In this document: positions 32,326 to 42,102 of the stretch, one piece after another
Layout of the letters: the number at the start of each line of letters is the position of its first letter
How positions within the stretch are numbered: the first letter of the stretch is position 1
Assembly (NCBI GenBank): GCA_963822405.1
Contig: CAWGHH010000004.1
Location: forward strand, 6,226 to 70,225
Direction of reading: 5' to 3'
DNA length: 64,000 nucleotides
Source: Candidatus Uhrbacteria bacterium
GTDB lineage: Bacteria > Patescibacteriota > Patescibacteriia > UBA9934
Notes under the pieces: model-generated
Seen by the model: the letters and a program-made list of their open reading frames with translations, nothing else
What the model was told of the DNA's origin: nothing
Database searches by the model: none
Position numbers and translations under genes: made by a program

Positions 32326-33804
32326 ATGCCCGAATTAGAATTTTCAACTCTACACGCCGCGCTTGATGATCGGTACTCCGCAGCGGACATTAAATTAATC
32401 GAACACGCTTTTGCGTATGCAAAAATGGCCCATACAGGCCAGGCTCGGCACACTGGCGAGCCGTACTTTGCGCACTGTGCAAACGTTGGCCTTAAGCTCG
32501 CCAACCTAAAATTGCCAAGCGAGGTTATCGCCGCCGGACTGTTGCACGACGTACCGGAGGATACCGAAAAAACACTCGATGACCTTGAGATGGAGTTTGG
32601 TGCAGACATTAGAAGCATGGTCGGCGCTATCACTAAACTCGGAAAAGTGAAATACAGAGGCGAAGAACGCTACGCTGAAAACCTCCGCAAAATGTTCGTG
32701 GCGATGGCGGAAGACGTGCGCGTAATTTTTATTAAGTTCGCTGATAGACTGCATAACCTTGAAACACTTTACGCACTCCCGGAAGCTAAACGACAACGTA
32801 TTGCCAAAGAGGTCCTGGAAATTTACGCGCCGATTGCCAATCGTTTAGGCATGGGTGAATACCGCGGAGAGTTTGAAGATTACGCTTTTAAGTACCTTGA
32901 ACCAAAAGAGTACAGCTGGACTCAGCATCTTCTGGAAGAACGCGTCAAAAAGTTTGGCCCCGCGCTTGATCGAGCGTTACATGATGTTGCGCTCGAACTC
33001 AACAAACACGGCATCACTGGCGCTAATGTTCATGGTCGAGTCAAACACGCCTACAGTCTGCACCGCAAACTAGATCGCTATAAACAAGACATCGGCAAAG
33101 TTTACGACATCGTTGCCCTTCGGGTGGTAGTCAAAGATATTCCCGAGTGTTACGCGGTACTTGGTATTCTTCACGGCATGTACACCCCGCTACCTGGACG
33201 CATTAAAGACTACATCGCCCAACCAAAACCAAACGGCTATCAGTCACTTCACACTACAGTTTTTGACCATGAAGGCTCTATTCTCGAGTTTCAGATTCGA
33301 ACCGTTCAGATGCACGAAGAAAATGAATACGGAGTCGCCGCTCACTGGAAATATAAAGAGGGCGATGACGTGAAAGCCCGCCAAGTTCACTGGATGGAAG
33401 AACTCGCCGCCATTCAAAAAGAATTGTCCGCTAGTGACTTCATGAAACATCTAAACGATCTCAAGTTGGACATGTTTAGAGATCGCATTTTCGTCTTTAC
33501 TCCCCGCGGCGACGTGCTCGATCTCCCCGAGGAATCAACCCCCGTCGACCTCGCGTATTCTGTGCATTCCGAAATCGGCAACAAAGCCGTGCAAGCTCGC
33601 ATCAACGGCGAGATCGCTTCCCTTTCTACTCCCCTCAAATCCGGCGACCTTTGCGAAATCATCACCGACAAAAACCGAAAATATCCAAACGAGGACTGGT
33701 TAAAGTTTGTAAAAACAAGACACGCGAGAGATAAAATAAAAGACGCGCTCAAAGATTCCAAGACGGGCATTATTTCGTCACTTATTAAAAAATATCGAGG
33801 CTAA
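32326..33804 (+). CDS. rel: RelA/SpoT (p)ppGpp hydrolase/synthetase (HD-SYNTH-TGS, no ACT domain)
   Basis: LHDVPED, KFADRLHN, KDYIAQPKPNGYQSLHT, AAHWKYK, FTPRGD. Confidence 0.95.
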   Translation: MPELEFSTLHAALDDRYSAADIKLIEHAFAYAKMAHTGQARHTGEPYFAHCANVGLKLANLKLPSEVIAAGLLHDVPEDTEKTLDDLEMEFGADIRSMVGAITKLGKVKYRGEERYAENLRKMFVAMAEDVRVIFIKFADRLHNLETLYALPEAKRQRIAKEVLEIYAPIANRLGMGEYRGEFEDYAFKYLEPKEYSWTQHLLEERVKKFGPALDRALHDVALELNKHGITGANVHGRVKHAYSLHRKLDRYKQDIGKVYDIVALRVVVKDIPECYAVLGILHGMYTPLPGRIKDYIAQPKPNGYQSLHTTVFDHEGSILEFQIRTVQMHEENEYGVAAHWKYKEGDDVKARQVHWMEELAAIQKELSASDFMKHLNDLKLDMFRDRIFVFTPRGDVLDLPEESTPVDLAYSVHSEIGNKAVQARINGEIASLSTPLKSGDLCEIITDKNRKYPNEDWLKFVKTRHARDKIKDALKDSKTGIISSLIKKYRG

Positions 33805-33836
33805 TAGAAAAACCGCACCTCCCTTGCGGCTCTTCG

Positions 33837-34082
33837 TTAAGAGTTGCAGGTGATGCGGTTTAGTCGCGCGTGATTCCGTGGTTGCTCGGGAGGCCCACGC
33901 AGGTGATTGATCCAACCGATGCAGGAACCATCCAAAGCGCCCTGATGCAATCCATCACGCCACGCACTGTCTTCGATGACTGGAATCTCGAACCACTTAA
34001 AGTAGAGAACCGTGAGAGCGACTCCGGCTACGAACCCTCCCGTAAAAACGAACAGGATTGGAAGCCAGAAGGGGAAAGACAT
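33837..34082 (-). CDS. Small orphan membrane protein
   Basis: GGAGG SD before ATG 34082 (MSFPFWLPILFVFTGG); own consensus promoter. Confidence 0.6.
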   Translation of the reverse strand: MSFPFWLPILFVFTGGFVAGVALTVLYFKWFEIPVIEDSAWRDGLHQGALDGSCIGWINHLRGPPEQPRNHARLNRITCNS

Positions 34083-34109
34083 GGAACCTCCAGGTGAACT
34101 ATCCGTTAT

Positions 34110-34138
34110 ATTATAGCAGAAAAATGGGCTTTTGTCAA
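34110..34138 (-). promoter_or_regulatory. Sigma70 promoter
   Basis: TTGACA-17 bp-TATAAT with extended TG. Confidence 0.8.
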
Positions 34139-34392
34139 TCATAAAATACCAAAAAGAGGCTAATATAAGCAGTAAAGTTTCCGGCATAGCCGGACCCGGT
34201 TCCGCCGGGAAAAAGGTTAAAAATGCTGAAAAGTAATAATCTGATGGTTCAGACACTTTTTCAACTTTCTTGGCTTTTTTGACTCAAAAAAACAAAAGCG
34301 CACCTGGAGGCGGATGGCTTCTGGAAGCATTTCTGCTTCTCGCCACCCGCGCAGATGCGCGAGATCAGCTTTCGATCATTCAAGAGAATCGT

Positions 34393-34638
34393 TCACGTTC
34401 GGTGTCGCACCTCATTCCAGCCATCCTGCGGCCAGCGGTCATTCAGTTTGGCGATATGGTCGATCGACAACGTCGCCGCCCCACCGCCGACTCCGATGCC
34501 ATTGAAGAAAACGGACGCACAGTGCTCGCACTCGACACCGTTGCTCCACGCCAGAACGTGACGCGTCGTTCCCTCCCAGATCAGAAAGGAACACTCCCGC
34601 ACACGGAGAGCGCTCAGAACGTCGGCAAAAGTGGACAC
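34393..34638 (-). CDS. Small orphan protein with CxxC
   Basis: GGAGGAG SD before GTG 34638; promoter TTGACA-17-TATCCT at 34694-34722. Confidence 0.5.
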   Translation of the reverse strand: MSTFADVLSALRVRECSFLIWEGTTRHVLAWSNGVECEHCASVFFNGIGVGGGAATLSIDHIAKLNDRWPQDGWNEVRHRT

Positions 34639-34734
34639 GTCTCCTCCAGAAGTTGCATTACATGCAACGGGTTGTTTGGTTTTAGAACAACACAGGATAA
34701 CACAAAAAATCACCTTTGTCAATGGTTTTATACA

Positions 34735-34760
34735 AAAAAGAGGCTAATATGAGCCTCTTT
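34735..34760 (-). terminator. Terminator downstream of parB
   Basis: AAAGAGGCT/AGCCTCTTT stem with T-tract. Confidence 0.6.
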
Positions 34761-34810
34761 CAGGGTGAGCTCGCTTCCCCCTTTTAGGGGGATTAAAGGG
34801 GGTCGATGGT

Positions 34811-35719
34811 TCACTCCTTCGCAAGCCTCTCCACAAGCGCCTTCAAATCTTCTTTAGCGTAAAAATAAATTGAAATCTTGCCCCCGCTGTTTTGCATGTC
34901 GATAGTGACTTTGGTGCCGAATTTTTCGCGGAGTTCCATTTCTAAGGCACCAATATTGGGATCGCGGGCGTAGCGGGCGCGGTTGCGAGCGGAACCGGCG
35001 CGGGCTTCAACCTCACGAACAGTAACGCCGCCCTTAAGCAGATCCTGGAAAATGGCTTGGCGACGAGAAAGCACAGGCTCGGCTAGAAGAGTCCTGGCGT
35101 GGCTCTTCATGATTCGGCCGTCGATCAACGCTTGGAGCATCTCTTCGTCGAGCTCGAGCAAACGTAGAGCGTTAGCAACGGCTGGACGGCTTTTGCCTAC
35201 TCGCTTAGCCACGTCTTCCTGTCGCAAATCGAATTCTTCGATCAGGGCACGGTATGCCTGCGCCTCTTCAACGGCGTTAAGATCAGAACGCTGGATGTTT
35301 TCAATCAAGGCCAACTCGAGTTTCTTTCTGTCGTCCTCCATTGGTCTGATGACCACAGGAATCTTATCAAGGCCAAGACCTCGAGAAGCGCGCAGACGAC
35401 GCTCGCCGGCAATCAGTTCATACTTGCCCGGCGAAATTTCCGAAACGATTAGTGGCTGGAGGATTCCATGTTCGGCAATGCTCGCCTCAAGCTCAGCAAG
35501 TTCTTCTGGGGCGAAATTTCTGCGAGGCTGGCGGGGATTATTAACAATGTCCTTTGGGGACACCTGCTTAATACGGAGATCGCCCTCATTAACCACATCA
35601 ATCGGCTCTGGGGCAAAGACAGCGGCTTCCGCGCTCACCTGCACAGGCGCAAGCATAGCTGACGGCGAAGACAACAGTGATCCAAGCCCTCTGCCCAATC
35701 CTCCTTTTTGTTTCTGCAT
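34811..35719 (-). CDS. parB: Chromosome partitioning protein ParB
   Basis: GLGRGL, NPRQPR, IAGERRLRA, LIENIQRSDL, HTH. Confidence 0.97.
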   Translation of the reverse strand: MQKQKGGLGRGLGSLLSSPSAMLAPVQVSAEAAVFAPEPIDVVNEGDLRIKQVSPKDIVNNPRQPRRNFAPEELAELEASIAEHGILQPLIVSEISPGKYELIAGERRLRASRGLGLDKIPVVIRPMEDDRKKLELALIENIQRSDLNAVEEAQAYRALIEEFDLRQEDVAKRVGKSRPAVANALRLLELDEEMLQALIDGRIMKSHARTLLAEPVLSRRQAIFQDLLKGGVTVREVEARAGSARNRARYARDPNIGALEMELREKFGTKVTIDMQNSGGKISIYFYAKEDLKALVERLAKE

Positions 35720-35722
35720 ATA

Positions 35723-36490
35723 TTAATCAATCTTTTCACGTTCCAAAAACTCCCGAGCTAATCGCTCATAAGCTTTAGCCGCTTTGCTAGCTGGATCGTA
35801 ATGAATGATGGACTTACCATAACTTGGCGCCTCAGCTAGGCGAATACTTCTAGGAATAACTGAACGGAAAATCTTGCCCGGGAAGTGTTTGTAAAGCTCC
35901 TGCAGAACCTGATTAGCAAGATTAGTACGTGGATCAAACATGGTAATCACCGCCCCCATCACTAGAAGCTCTGGCTTAATGTTTGTCTTTACCAGGTTAA
36001 CGGTTTGCAATAATTGACCAAGTCCTTCAAGGGCGTAATACTCGGCCTGTACTGGAACAAGCACGCTGTCGCTGGCCACTAAACCATTAATCGTCAATAA
36101 ACCGAGTGAAGGTGGATTATCAATAAACACGTAATCATAATCCTGTTTTACAGAATCAATTGCTTGCTGAAGTTTTCGTTCTCTATTAAATTCGTTCACC
36201 AGTTCAACCTGTGAACCAGCTAAATCAGCGTTAGCTGGCAGTAAGAATAAATTTGCGTGAGCAGTGGGGATAATTACTTCTGAAGCCTGTTTTTCCCCAG
36301 CCAAAACCTCATAAGAACCCTGGAGCTCTGACGGCTGGTGGCCAAGACCACTGGTTGCATTGCCCTGCGGGTCAAGGTCAACAAGTAGAATTTTTTTACC
36401 AAAGTCAGCCAAGAAAGCCGCCAAGTTCATGCTTGTCGTGGTCTTTCCTACCCCTCCCTTTTGGTTAACAATAGATACAACGTGGGCCAT
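35723..36490 (-). CDS. parA: Chromosome partitioning ATPase ParA/Soj
   Basis: NQKGGVGKTT, DLDPQGNAT, EYYALEGL, LAEAPSYG. Confidence 0.97.
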   Translation of the reverse strand: MAHVVSIVNQKGGVGKTTTSMNLAAFLADFGKKILLVDLDPQGNATSGLGHQPSELQGSYEVLAGEKQASEVIIPTAHANLFLLPANADLAGSQVELVNEFNRERKLQQAIDSVKQDYDYVFIDNPPSLGLLTINGLVASDSVLVPVQAEYYALEGLGQLLQTVNLVKTNIKPELLVMGAVITMFDPRTNLANQVLQELYKHFPGKIFRSVIPRSIRLAEAPSYGKSIIHYDPASKAAKAYERLAREFLEREKID

Positions 36491-36554
36491 AGTCGTGGAT
36501 ATTCTAACATACTTTGCCTTTTTACTAAGTTCTGCTACCATATGTCCCATCTGT

Positions 36555-36640
36555 GCCACGGTGGCGGAATGGTATACGCGACGGACTCAAAATCCGTTTC
36601 TCGTAAGGGATTGAGGGTTCGAGTCCCTCCCGTGGTACCA
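36555..36640 (+). tRNA. tRNA-Leu(CAA)
   Basis: GCCACGG/CCGTGGT acceptor, ACGGA-CTCAAAA-TCCGT anticodon arm, long variable arm, GGTTCGAGTCC, encoded CCA. Confidence 0.95.
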
Positions 36641-36656
36641 CAGATGGTGTAAATTT

Positions 36657-36733
36657 GGCCGGGTAGCTCAGTCGGTTAGAGCGAAGGACTCATAAGCCTT
36701 AGGTCGTGGGTTCGATTCCCACCCCGGCCACCA
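36657..36733 (+). tRNA. tRNA with CAT anticodon (elongator Met or Ile2)
   Basis: GGCCGGG/CCCGGCC acceptor, TAGCTCAG, CTCATAA loop, GGTTCGATTCC, CCA. Confidence 0.92.
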
Positions 36734-36737
36734 TAAA

Positions 36738-36859
36738 GAAAACCCCATTAAATTCGCCCTGGCGGTGTCGTCTCCTGCGCCCCGGTCTCGCCGTACCATT
36801 AAGTACGTCTCGACCAGTGCTCGTCGACTCCTAGCCAGGACAAATTTAATGGAGTTTTC
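36738..36859. repeat. Long imperfect palindrome between tRNA genes
   Basis: 26-bp outer arms (3 mismatches) with nested inner stems. Confidence 0.7.
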
Positions 36860-36917
36860 AATTAGCGAATAAGCACTGGCAACTTGCATTTTTCAGTACT
36901 CCCTGCTATCATTTTGT

Positions 36918-36994
36918 CGCGGGATAGAGCAGCCAGGCAGCTCGTCGGGCTCATAACCCGGAGGTCGTCGGTTCAAATCCGACTCCCGCAACCA
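36918..36994 (+). tRNA. Initiator tRNA-fMet(CAT)
   Basis: C1:A72 mismatch, GGG/CCC in anticodon stem, CAT anticodon, CCA. Confidence 0.95.
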
Positions 36995-37079
36995 AAAAGC
37001 ACTCATCCTCGGATGAGCGTTTTTTGATTGTGCATTTTATTGCCTATCGCCTGAAAAAGTGCTATCCTCTGTGGCATCT

Positions 37080-37560
37080 ATGACCTTAACTACTCACGTA
37101 GCGATTGGTGCAGGAATTGGCGTACTTGTTGGGAATCCAGAGCTTGGATTCGTCCTTGGCCTCGTTTCTCACTTCATGGTAGACATGATTCCGCATGGCG
37201 ATACTTTGCTGGCGGATAGGTTTTATATCCACAAGGAACGCCTGGTTCCAGTGGCCTATACCACCACTAAACGCCGCTCTTTCAGTCATCCTGCTCATGT
37301 TCCTAGTCACCATTAAACCAGACGGTGTGCATAACTCCGCTTTTGCCGCTACAGTAGTTGGCAGCGTTCTTCCAGATCTTCTCCTTGGCGTTGCTGATAT
37401 CTTCAAAAAGAGCAAAATCCTCCGCTCTTACTATCGTTTCCATTTCTTCTTTCATGACTACTTTTCTCGCCAGTATGGAGACGTGAGCTTGAAATATGCC
37501 ATTGCCGCTCAAGCCGCGTTCGTCTTCATTGTTGTGAAACTTATCGAACGGATAGCGTAA
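37080..37560 (+). CDS. Membrane-bound metal-dependent hydrolase-like protein (frameshift near 37260-37270)
   Basis: TTHVAIG...SHFMVDMIPHGD in frame 1; SVLPDL...YRFHFFFH in frame 2. Confidence 0.7.
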
Positions 37561-38035
37561 CAAGGAGAACAATTAGCTGCCCCGTCAACGCGCCAAAAAT
37601 AATACTGGGAGCTGCCAGCTTAAAAGGAATCTTGAAAATTACTGCCGCCGCACTAGCAGACCAAACTCCGGTCAACGGAATCGGTAAAGCAGCAAAGACA
37701 AAAAGCACCACTGCGCCATATTGGGCATAGTGGTGTTTTGTTTTCCGCTCAACATCGGCCAAAAAATGATCAAGTGGTTTTACTAATCTTGGTGCTCTTG
37801 TGGCAAGCAGCACTCGAAGAGATTCAAGACCAAAAAATAAGGGAAAGAAAATCAAGGCTGAACCCAAGGTCGCGGCCAGATAAGTTTCAAGCAGGGAAAG
37901 ATGAAGCGTCTTCAGGCCAATAATAATGGCCAGCTTATACTCAGTTACCGGTGCCATAGACAAAACCGCCACCTTAAGCCACCCAGGTGTGCCACCAAGC
38001 ATCATTAATATCCACTGTGCTAAGGCTTCGGCCAT
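37541..38035 (-). CDS. Small multidrug-export-like membrane protein (COG2426 type)
   Basis: SMAPVTEYK..I and FAALPIPLTGVWSA motifs. Confidence 0.8.
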   Translation of the reverse strand: MAEALAQWILMMLGGTPGWLKVAVLSMAPVTEYKLAIIIGLKTLHLSLLETYLAATLGSALIFFPLFFGLESLRVLLATRAPRLVKPLDHFLADVERKTKHHYAQYGAVVLFVFAALPIPLTGVWSASAAAVIFKIPFKLAAPSIIFGALTGQLIVLLVTLSVR

Positions 38036-38988
38036 ACAAATGTTCTAAAGGCCCACACGGCCAGATTCTTTGCGTCGGTAAATCTATCGTCAATCTTCTG
38101 TGCCCCAAGAACAATAATTACCACCTCATTGCCATCATGTTTGATAACCGTCGCCAAACAATACCCAGCTTGCGGAATATACCCCGTCTTCCCCGCCACC
38201 ACTTCATAATCGCTATTCGCCTCTGGACCGAGTAATAAGTTAGTACTCTCAATGTTCACGCTAAAACCGCTTGACTGCGTAACCGTTAACGACGAAGACA
38301 TCATAAAACTCTTCAAAACATCAGATCGAGAAGCGGCCAGCAATAACTGACTCAGATCTCTAGCGGTCGAAACATTCTGAGATGAAATACCGCTCGGATC
38401 TACAAACACCGTTTGCGCCATGCGTAGTTCCTTCGTCTTCTCGTTCATTCTTTTTACAAAATCTTCGCCGCTCAGCCCGGATAAACGGGCCAGTGAATGA
38501 GCGGCCGTGTTATCAGACCCAACAATTGCTGTACCAAGAACGTCACGCAAGGTTACCTCATCGTCGAATTTTAAGTATGTTCTGCCTCCCCCAACGTAAT
38601 CCTCATCAATCAACTTTACTCTTTTAGCTAGATCGGGATTGGAATCAAGAAAAACTACGGCCGTCATTAACTTTGTGATACTACCCATCGGCCTAACATC
38701 ATCCGGTTTTTCTGCATACAAAGTAGCTCCGCTCTCCACGTCTACTACAATCGAGCTATCCGCGCTCGTCACTACGCCAAAACTATTGCTAACTATTTTC
38801 TTTGGTGGCGGAGTCGTTCTATCTGTAGCTAGTGGCAAATGAAACCTGCTGGCCGCTAGAAAAAAATGCGTCGCCTCAAGCGGAATAGGGGCAGCCGAAA
38901 CCCGGTTCTCCAAAAGCGATGCGTCAACTGGCGCTATTGAGAACAGAGAAGACGCAAATAAGAGTTGGGCAATGATACGGGCGATCAT
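38020..38988 (-). CDS. D-alanyl-D-alanine carboxy/endopeptidase (peptidase S11)
   Basis: SITK, SDN, KTG motifs. Confidence 0.92.
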   Translation of the reverse strand: MIARIIAQLLFASSLFSIAPVDASLLENRVSAAPIPLEATHFFLAASRFHLPLATDRTTPPPKKIVSNSFGVVTSADSSIVVDVESGATLYAEKPDDVRPMGSITKLMTAVVFLDSNPDLAKRVKLIDEDYVGGGRTYLKFDDEVTLRDVLGTAIVGSDNTAAHSLARLSGLSGEDFVKRMNEKTKELRMAQTVFVDPSGISSQNVSTARDLSQLLLAASRSDVLKSFMMSSSLTVTQSSGFSVNIESTNLLLGPEANSDYEVVAGKTGYIPQAGYCLATVIKHDGNEVVIIVLGAQKIDDRFTDAKNLAVWAFRTFVWPKP

Positions 38989-39539
38989 ACGGAGTCAGTC
39001 ATACTCGCCGTCAGGGATACGAGCAGTTTATCGATTTTTCCATTGGCATGAAGCTCGCCATATTCCGGCAGCTCGGCCACGTCATGAAGACCCAAATACC
39101 TCATTGCATCTGGGGACAATGAATACACCGGCTGACCTTTTAGCGAATCATCCTTCTCGTTCACTAAACCACGCATTAATAGATTCCGAAGAATTAGGGT
39201 GCAGTTAACGCCTCTAATCGCCTCAATCTCTGGCTTAGTGATAGGCCCGCGGTACGCAATGATCGTCAGCGCCTCAAGTGACGGCCTAGTTAACTCCCCC
39301 GCCTCATCTTTTACGAGCGCATTCGCTACTTCGGCACAAGCTGGGTTTGTCACCAGCTGCCACTCGTCACTGGTTCTAAGCAAATGAATTCCGGTCTCCT
39401 CAACATTCATCTTTTCCGCCAGAGTGATTAACTCAGATTCAACATCGCTCGCTTTTAAATTAAGGGACTGACCAATAGACCGAACCGATAAGGGTTTAGT
39501 CGAAAGGAATAGTAATGCCTGTATTTTTGCCGAGATCAT
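38985..39539 (-). CDS. scpB: SMC-ScpAB subunit ScpB
   Basis: LEALTIIAYRGPITKPEIEAIRGVN. Confidence 0.95.
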   Translation of the reverse strand: MISAKIQALLFLSTKPLSVRSIGQSLNLKASDVESELITLAEKMNVEETGIHLLRTSDEWQLVTNPACAEVANALVKDEAGELTRPSLEALTIIAYRGPITKPEIEAIRGVNCTLILRNLLMRGLVNEKDDSLKGQPVYSLSPDAMRYLGLHDVAELPEYGELHANGKIDKLLVSLTASMTDSV

Positions 39540-40237
39540 ACTTTAGATAGTTCAATCTCACCGAATGTTCCCTTCTGCTCAACGGTCACAATCTGCCTAC
39601 GCAATAATTCCAACAACGCCAAGAAGCTTACCACGACCTCCATTTTACTCCTCGCCCCGGCCACTACTTCAGAAAAGGAAACCTTCGCCCTTGCTTCGAG
39701 CGCCCCCTTTAACTCTTCAATTCGCTCTTCAACAGACTTAATCCGCTCCATTGAGGTTTCTTGCAGCGCAAAGAACGGCTCAAGCCGCTTAATAACATTC
39801 CGGTAGGCATCGAACAAAATAGCTATGGCGAGCGACGGCGGCGGCAAAAAAACTGGCTCCAACTGTTTTACTTTGACATATGGTCGAGCCATCATGGTCA
39901 TCTTCCCGAATCGCTCCTCGAGCTTCTTAGACGCTTCGACGAATTCTTTATAAATACGTAACTGCTCTTCAAGTTCATCAATCCCATCTTCTGCCTCATC
40001 ATCACGCATGAGGTACGGCATTAGCTCACGGCTCTTCAAATAGATAAGACGCGAAGCAACAAGTAAAAAATCGGCCAACTCATCAACCGGCACCCTCACC
40101 GTTTCCATCCGCTTTAAGTATTCATCAGTCACTCGAGCAAGAGAAACTTTTGAAATTAGTAATTCCTTATTTTCGATCAGCTCTAACAAGAGCCCTAGGG
40201 GTCCCGTAAATGCCTCTTGTTGAACGCCAAATTCCAT
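39536..40237 (-). CDS. scpA: SMC-ScpAB subunit ScpA
   Basis: FTGPLGLLLELI, VVSFLALLEL. Confidence 0.95.
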   Translation of the reverse strand: MEFGVQQEAFTGPLGLLLELIENKELLISKVSLARVTDEYLKRMETVRVPVDELADFLLVASRLIYLKSRELMPYLMRDDEAEDGIDELEEQLRIYKEFVEASKKLEERFGKMTMMARPYVKVKQLEPVFLPPPSLAIAILFDAYRNVIKRLEPFFALQETSMERIKSVEERIEELKGALEARAKVSFSEVVAGARSKMEVVVSFLALLELLRRQIVTVEQKGTFGEIELSKV

Positions 40238-40327
40238 ACCCCATATTCTACCCGATAACCATCTTAATTGACCACTTTTAAGCTATCCATTAATCTGCAG
40301 CTGACCTTCCATCAACAAGGAGAGCCG

Positions 40328-40525
40328 ATGTCGAACGAACTTGGAGAAAGTGACCCCAGAGACCGCCGTCTTGGCTTCATTCACGCCGGTTTCAGTAGCT
40401 GCGTCCTGCCTCTCATCATCGCCGTCGTCATCTTCTTCGTCTGCTGTGGTGGTTTTGGGAAGATATTTGATTCTCCCCCGCCGCAACAGCCCGCAACCCC
40501 GACCATCGACGGTCGGCCACCGTAG
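40328..40525 (+). CDS. Small orphan membrane protein
   Basis: AAGGAG SD, one TM helix, Pro-rich tail, hairpin terminator at 40543-40567. Confidence 0.55.
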   Translation: MSNELGESDPRDRRLGFIHAGFSSCVLPLIIAVVIFFVCCGGFGKIFDSPPPQQPATPTIDGRPP

Positions 40526-40582
40526 AATTCAGCTCCTACTTTGACGCCCGGGCAAACCCGGGCGTTTGTATATTCAGCCTTT

Positions 40583-40669
40583 TCCAAACCAAAAGCGACA
40601 CACTGTCATAAAATTTTTAGGAGGTACTCCGACTCAAATTTTAGGATAGTGTGTCGCTTTTGGTTTGGA
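40583..40669. repeat. Conserved-loop palindrome, copy 4
   Basis: 34-bp arms (2 mismatches) around TTAGGAGGTACTCCGACTC at 40617-40635. Confidence 0.92.
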
Positions 40670-40675
40670 TCCGCA

Positions 40676-42067
40676 CTAGGCAAGCTTAATATTCGCCTCT
40701 TTCAGTGCCTTCTCAGGCAGTGGAGAAGGCGCACCCATCATGTGGTCTCGAGCGTTTCCGTCCTTCGGGAATGCCATTACTTCACGAATGTTCGCCTCGC
40801 CCTGGAATAATGCCATAACGCGGTCTACGCCGAGCGCAATACCTCCATGTGGTGGTGCGCCAAGTTCAAACGCTTTCATCATGTGACCAAACTGTGCATC
40901 GATCGTTTCAGCCGGGAAACCCATGATCTCGAATACTTTTCTGAGCGCGTCTGGCTGATGATTACGGATAGATCCACCACCGATTTCAAAACCGTTTAGC
41001 ACAATGTCGTACTGACTAGTGATGATATTGCCAACATCTTCTTTGCTCATGAGCTTGTCGTGCCATTCTGGCAATGCAGCCGAGAATGGATTATGGGTAA
41101 AGGTTCATCCACCGTCTTCTGTCTTTTCAAAGAACGGGAAGTCAATTACCCAACAGAACGCGAATAAGTTAGGATCATTCTTGTCTTCACGAATATCTGG
41201 ACGGTCATTTCCATACTTCTCCATGGATTCTTTATAGGTCATGCGTGGAAACGGCAATGCCTGGATCTTAGCGTCTGGTCTATATGTTTTAACGAGCTGA
41301 ATCAAAAGTTCTTCGATCATGCTCATCACATCTTCACGTTCCACAAAGCTCATCTCAAGGTCGAGCTGAGTAAATTCTGGCTGACGATCTCCACGTTGAT
41401 CCTCATCACGGAAACACTTGGCTAGCTGATAATAGCGTTCAACACCGGCCACCATAAGCAACTGTTTAAATTGCTGCGGTGACTGCGGAAGAACATAAAA
41501 ATTACCTGGGTGCGGACGAGAAGGCACAATGAATTCACGCGCACCTTCAGGAGTTCCTTTGGTGAGGATCGGAGTTTCAACCTCAATAAATCCTTTCTCA
41601 TTGAAATACTTACGCATGTCTTGAAATACAGCGTGACGAGTTCGCAGGTTCTTCTGCATGCGCTCCGAACGAAGATCGAGATAGCGGTAAGCCAAACGAG
41701 TCTCCTCATTCACCGGCAAGGTATCTTTATCGATTTCAAATGGCGGAGTCTTGGACTCGTTCAACACCTTCACAGATTTTGCTAGCAGTTCAACCGTTCC
41801 GGTCTTGATCTTATCGTTAATCTGCTTCGGGCCTCGAGCCTGGACTACTCCCTCAATCTCAACTACCCACTCAGGACGAACTTTGTTCGCTGCCTCAGCA
41901 GTATCACCGACCTCCGAAGGAACAATAACTACTTGCAATAAACCGTTCTTATCACGCAGATCAAAAAACGCTACCTTGCCCATGTCACGACGAGCGTGAA
42001 CCCAACCAGCCACCTTCACCGTCTCACCAACCTTACCCACTGTCTCTGACGAATAAATTCGTTGCAT
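40676..42067 (-). CDS. aspS: Aspartate--tRNA ligase (short form lacking the GAD insert; in-frame TGA at 41105-41107)
   Basis: YRYLDLR, TPEGAREF, LPQSPQQFKQ, FRDEDQRGDRQPEFTQLD, GGGSIR, PPHGGIALG; both ORF parts are in the same frame. Confidence 0.93.
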
Positions 42068-42102
42068 ATAATTATCTAGCATTTAATCTTGTAATTATTT
42101 GA

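Noticed and set aside
36547-36648. Inverted repeat CCATCTGT/ACAGATGG flanking tRNA-Leu as an att site
   Set aside because: It simply extends the precursor acceptor stem; no duplicated tRNA 3' end or integrase was seen in the window.
17934-40669. Conserved-loop repeats as a CRISPR array or ordinary terminators
   Set aside because: Copies are dispersed rather than arrayed, no cas genes are present, flanks are self-complementary, and there is no U-tract; copy 1 has a separate terminator beside it.
41105-41107. Genome-wide TGA recoding (code 4 or 25)
   Set aside because: TGA ends several genes at expected positions, and long genes are open under code 11.
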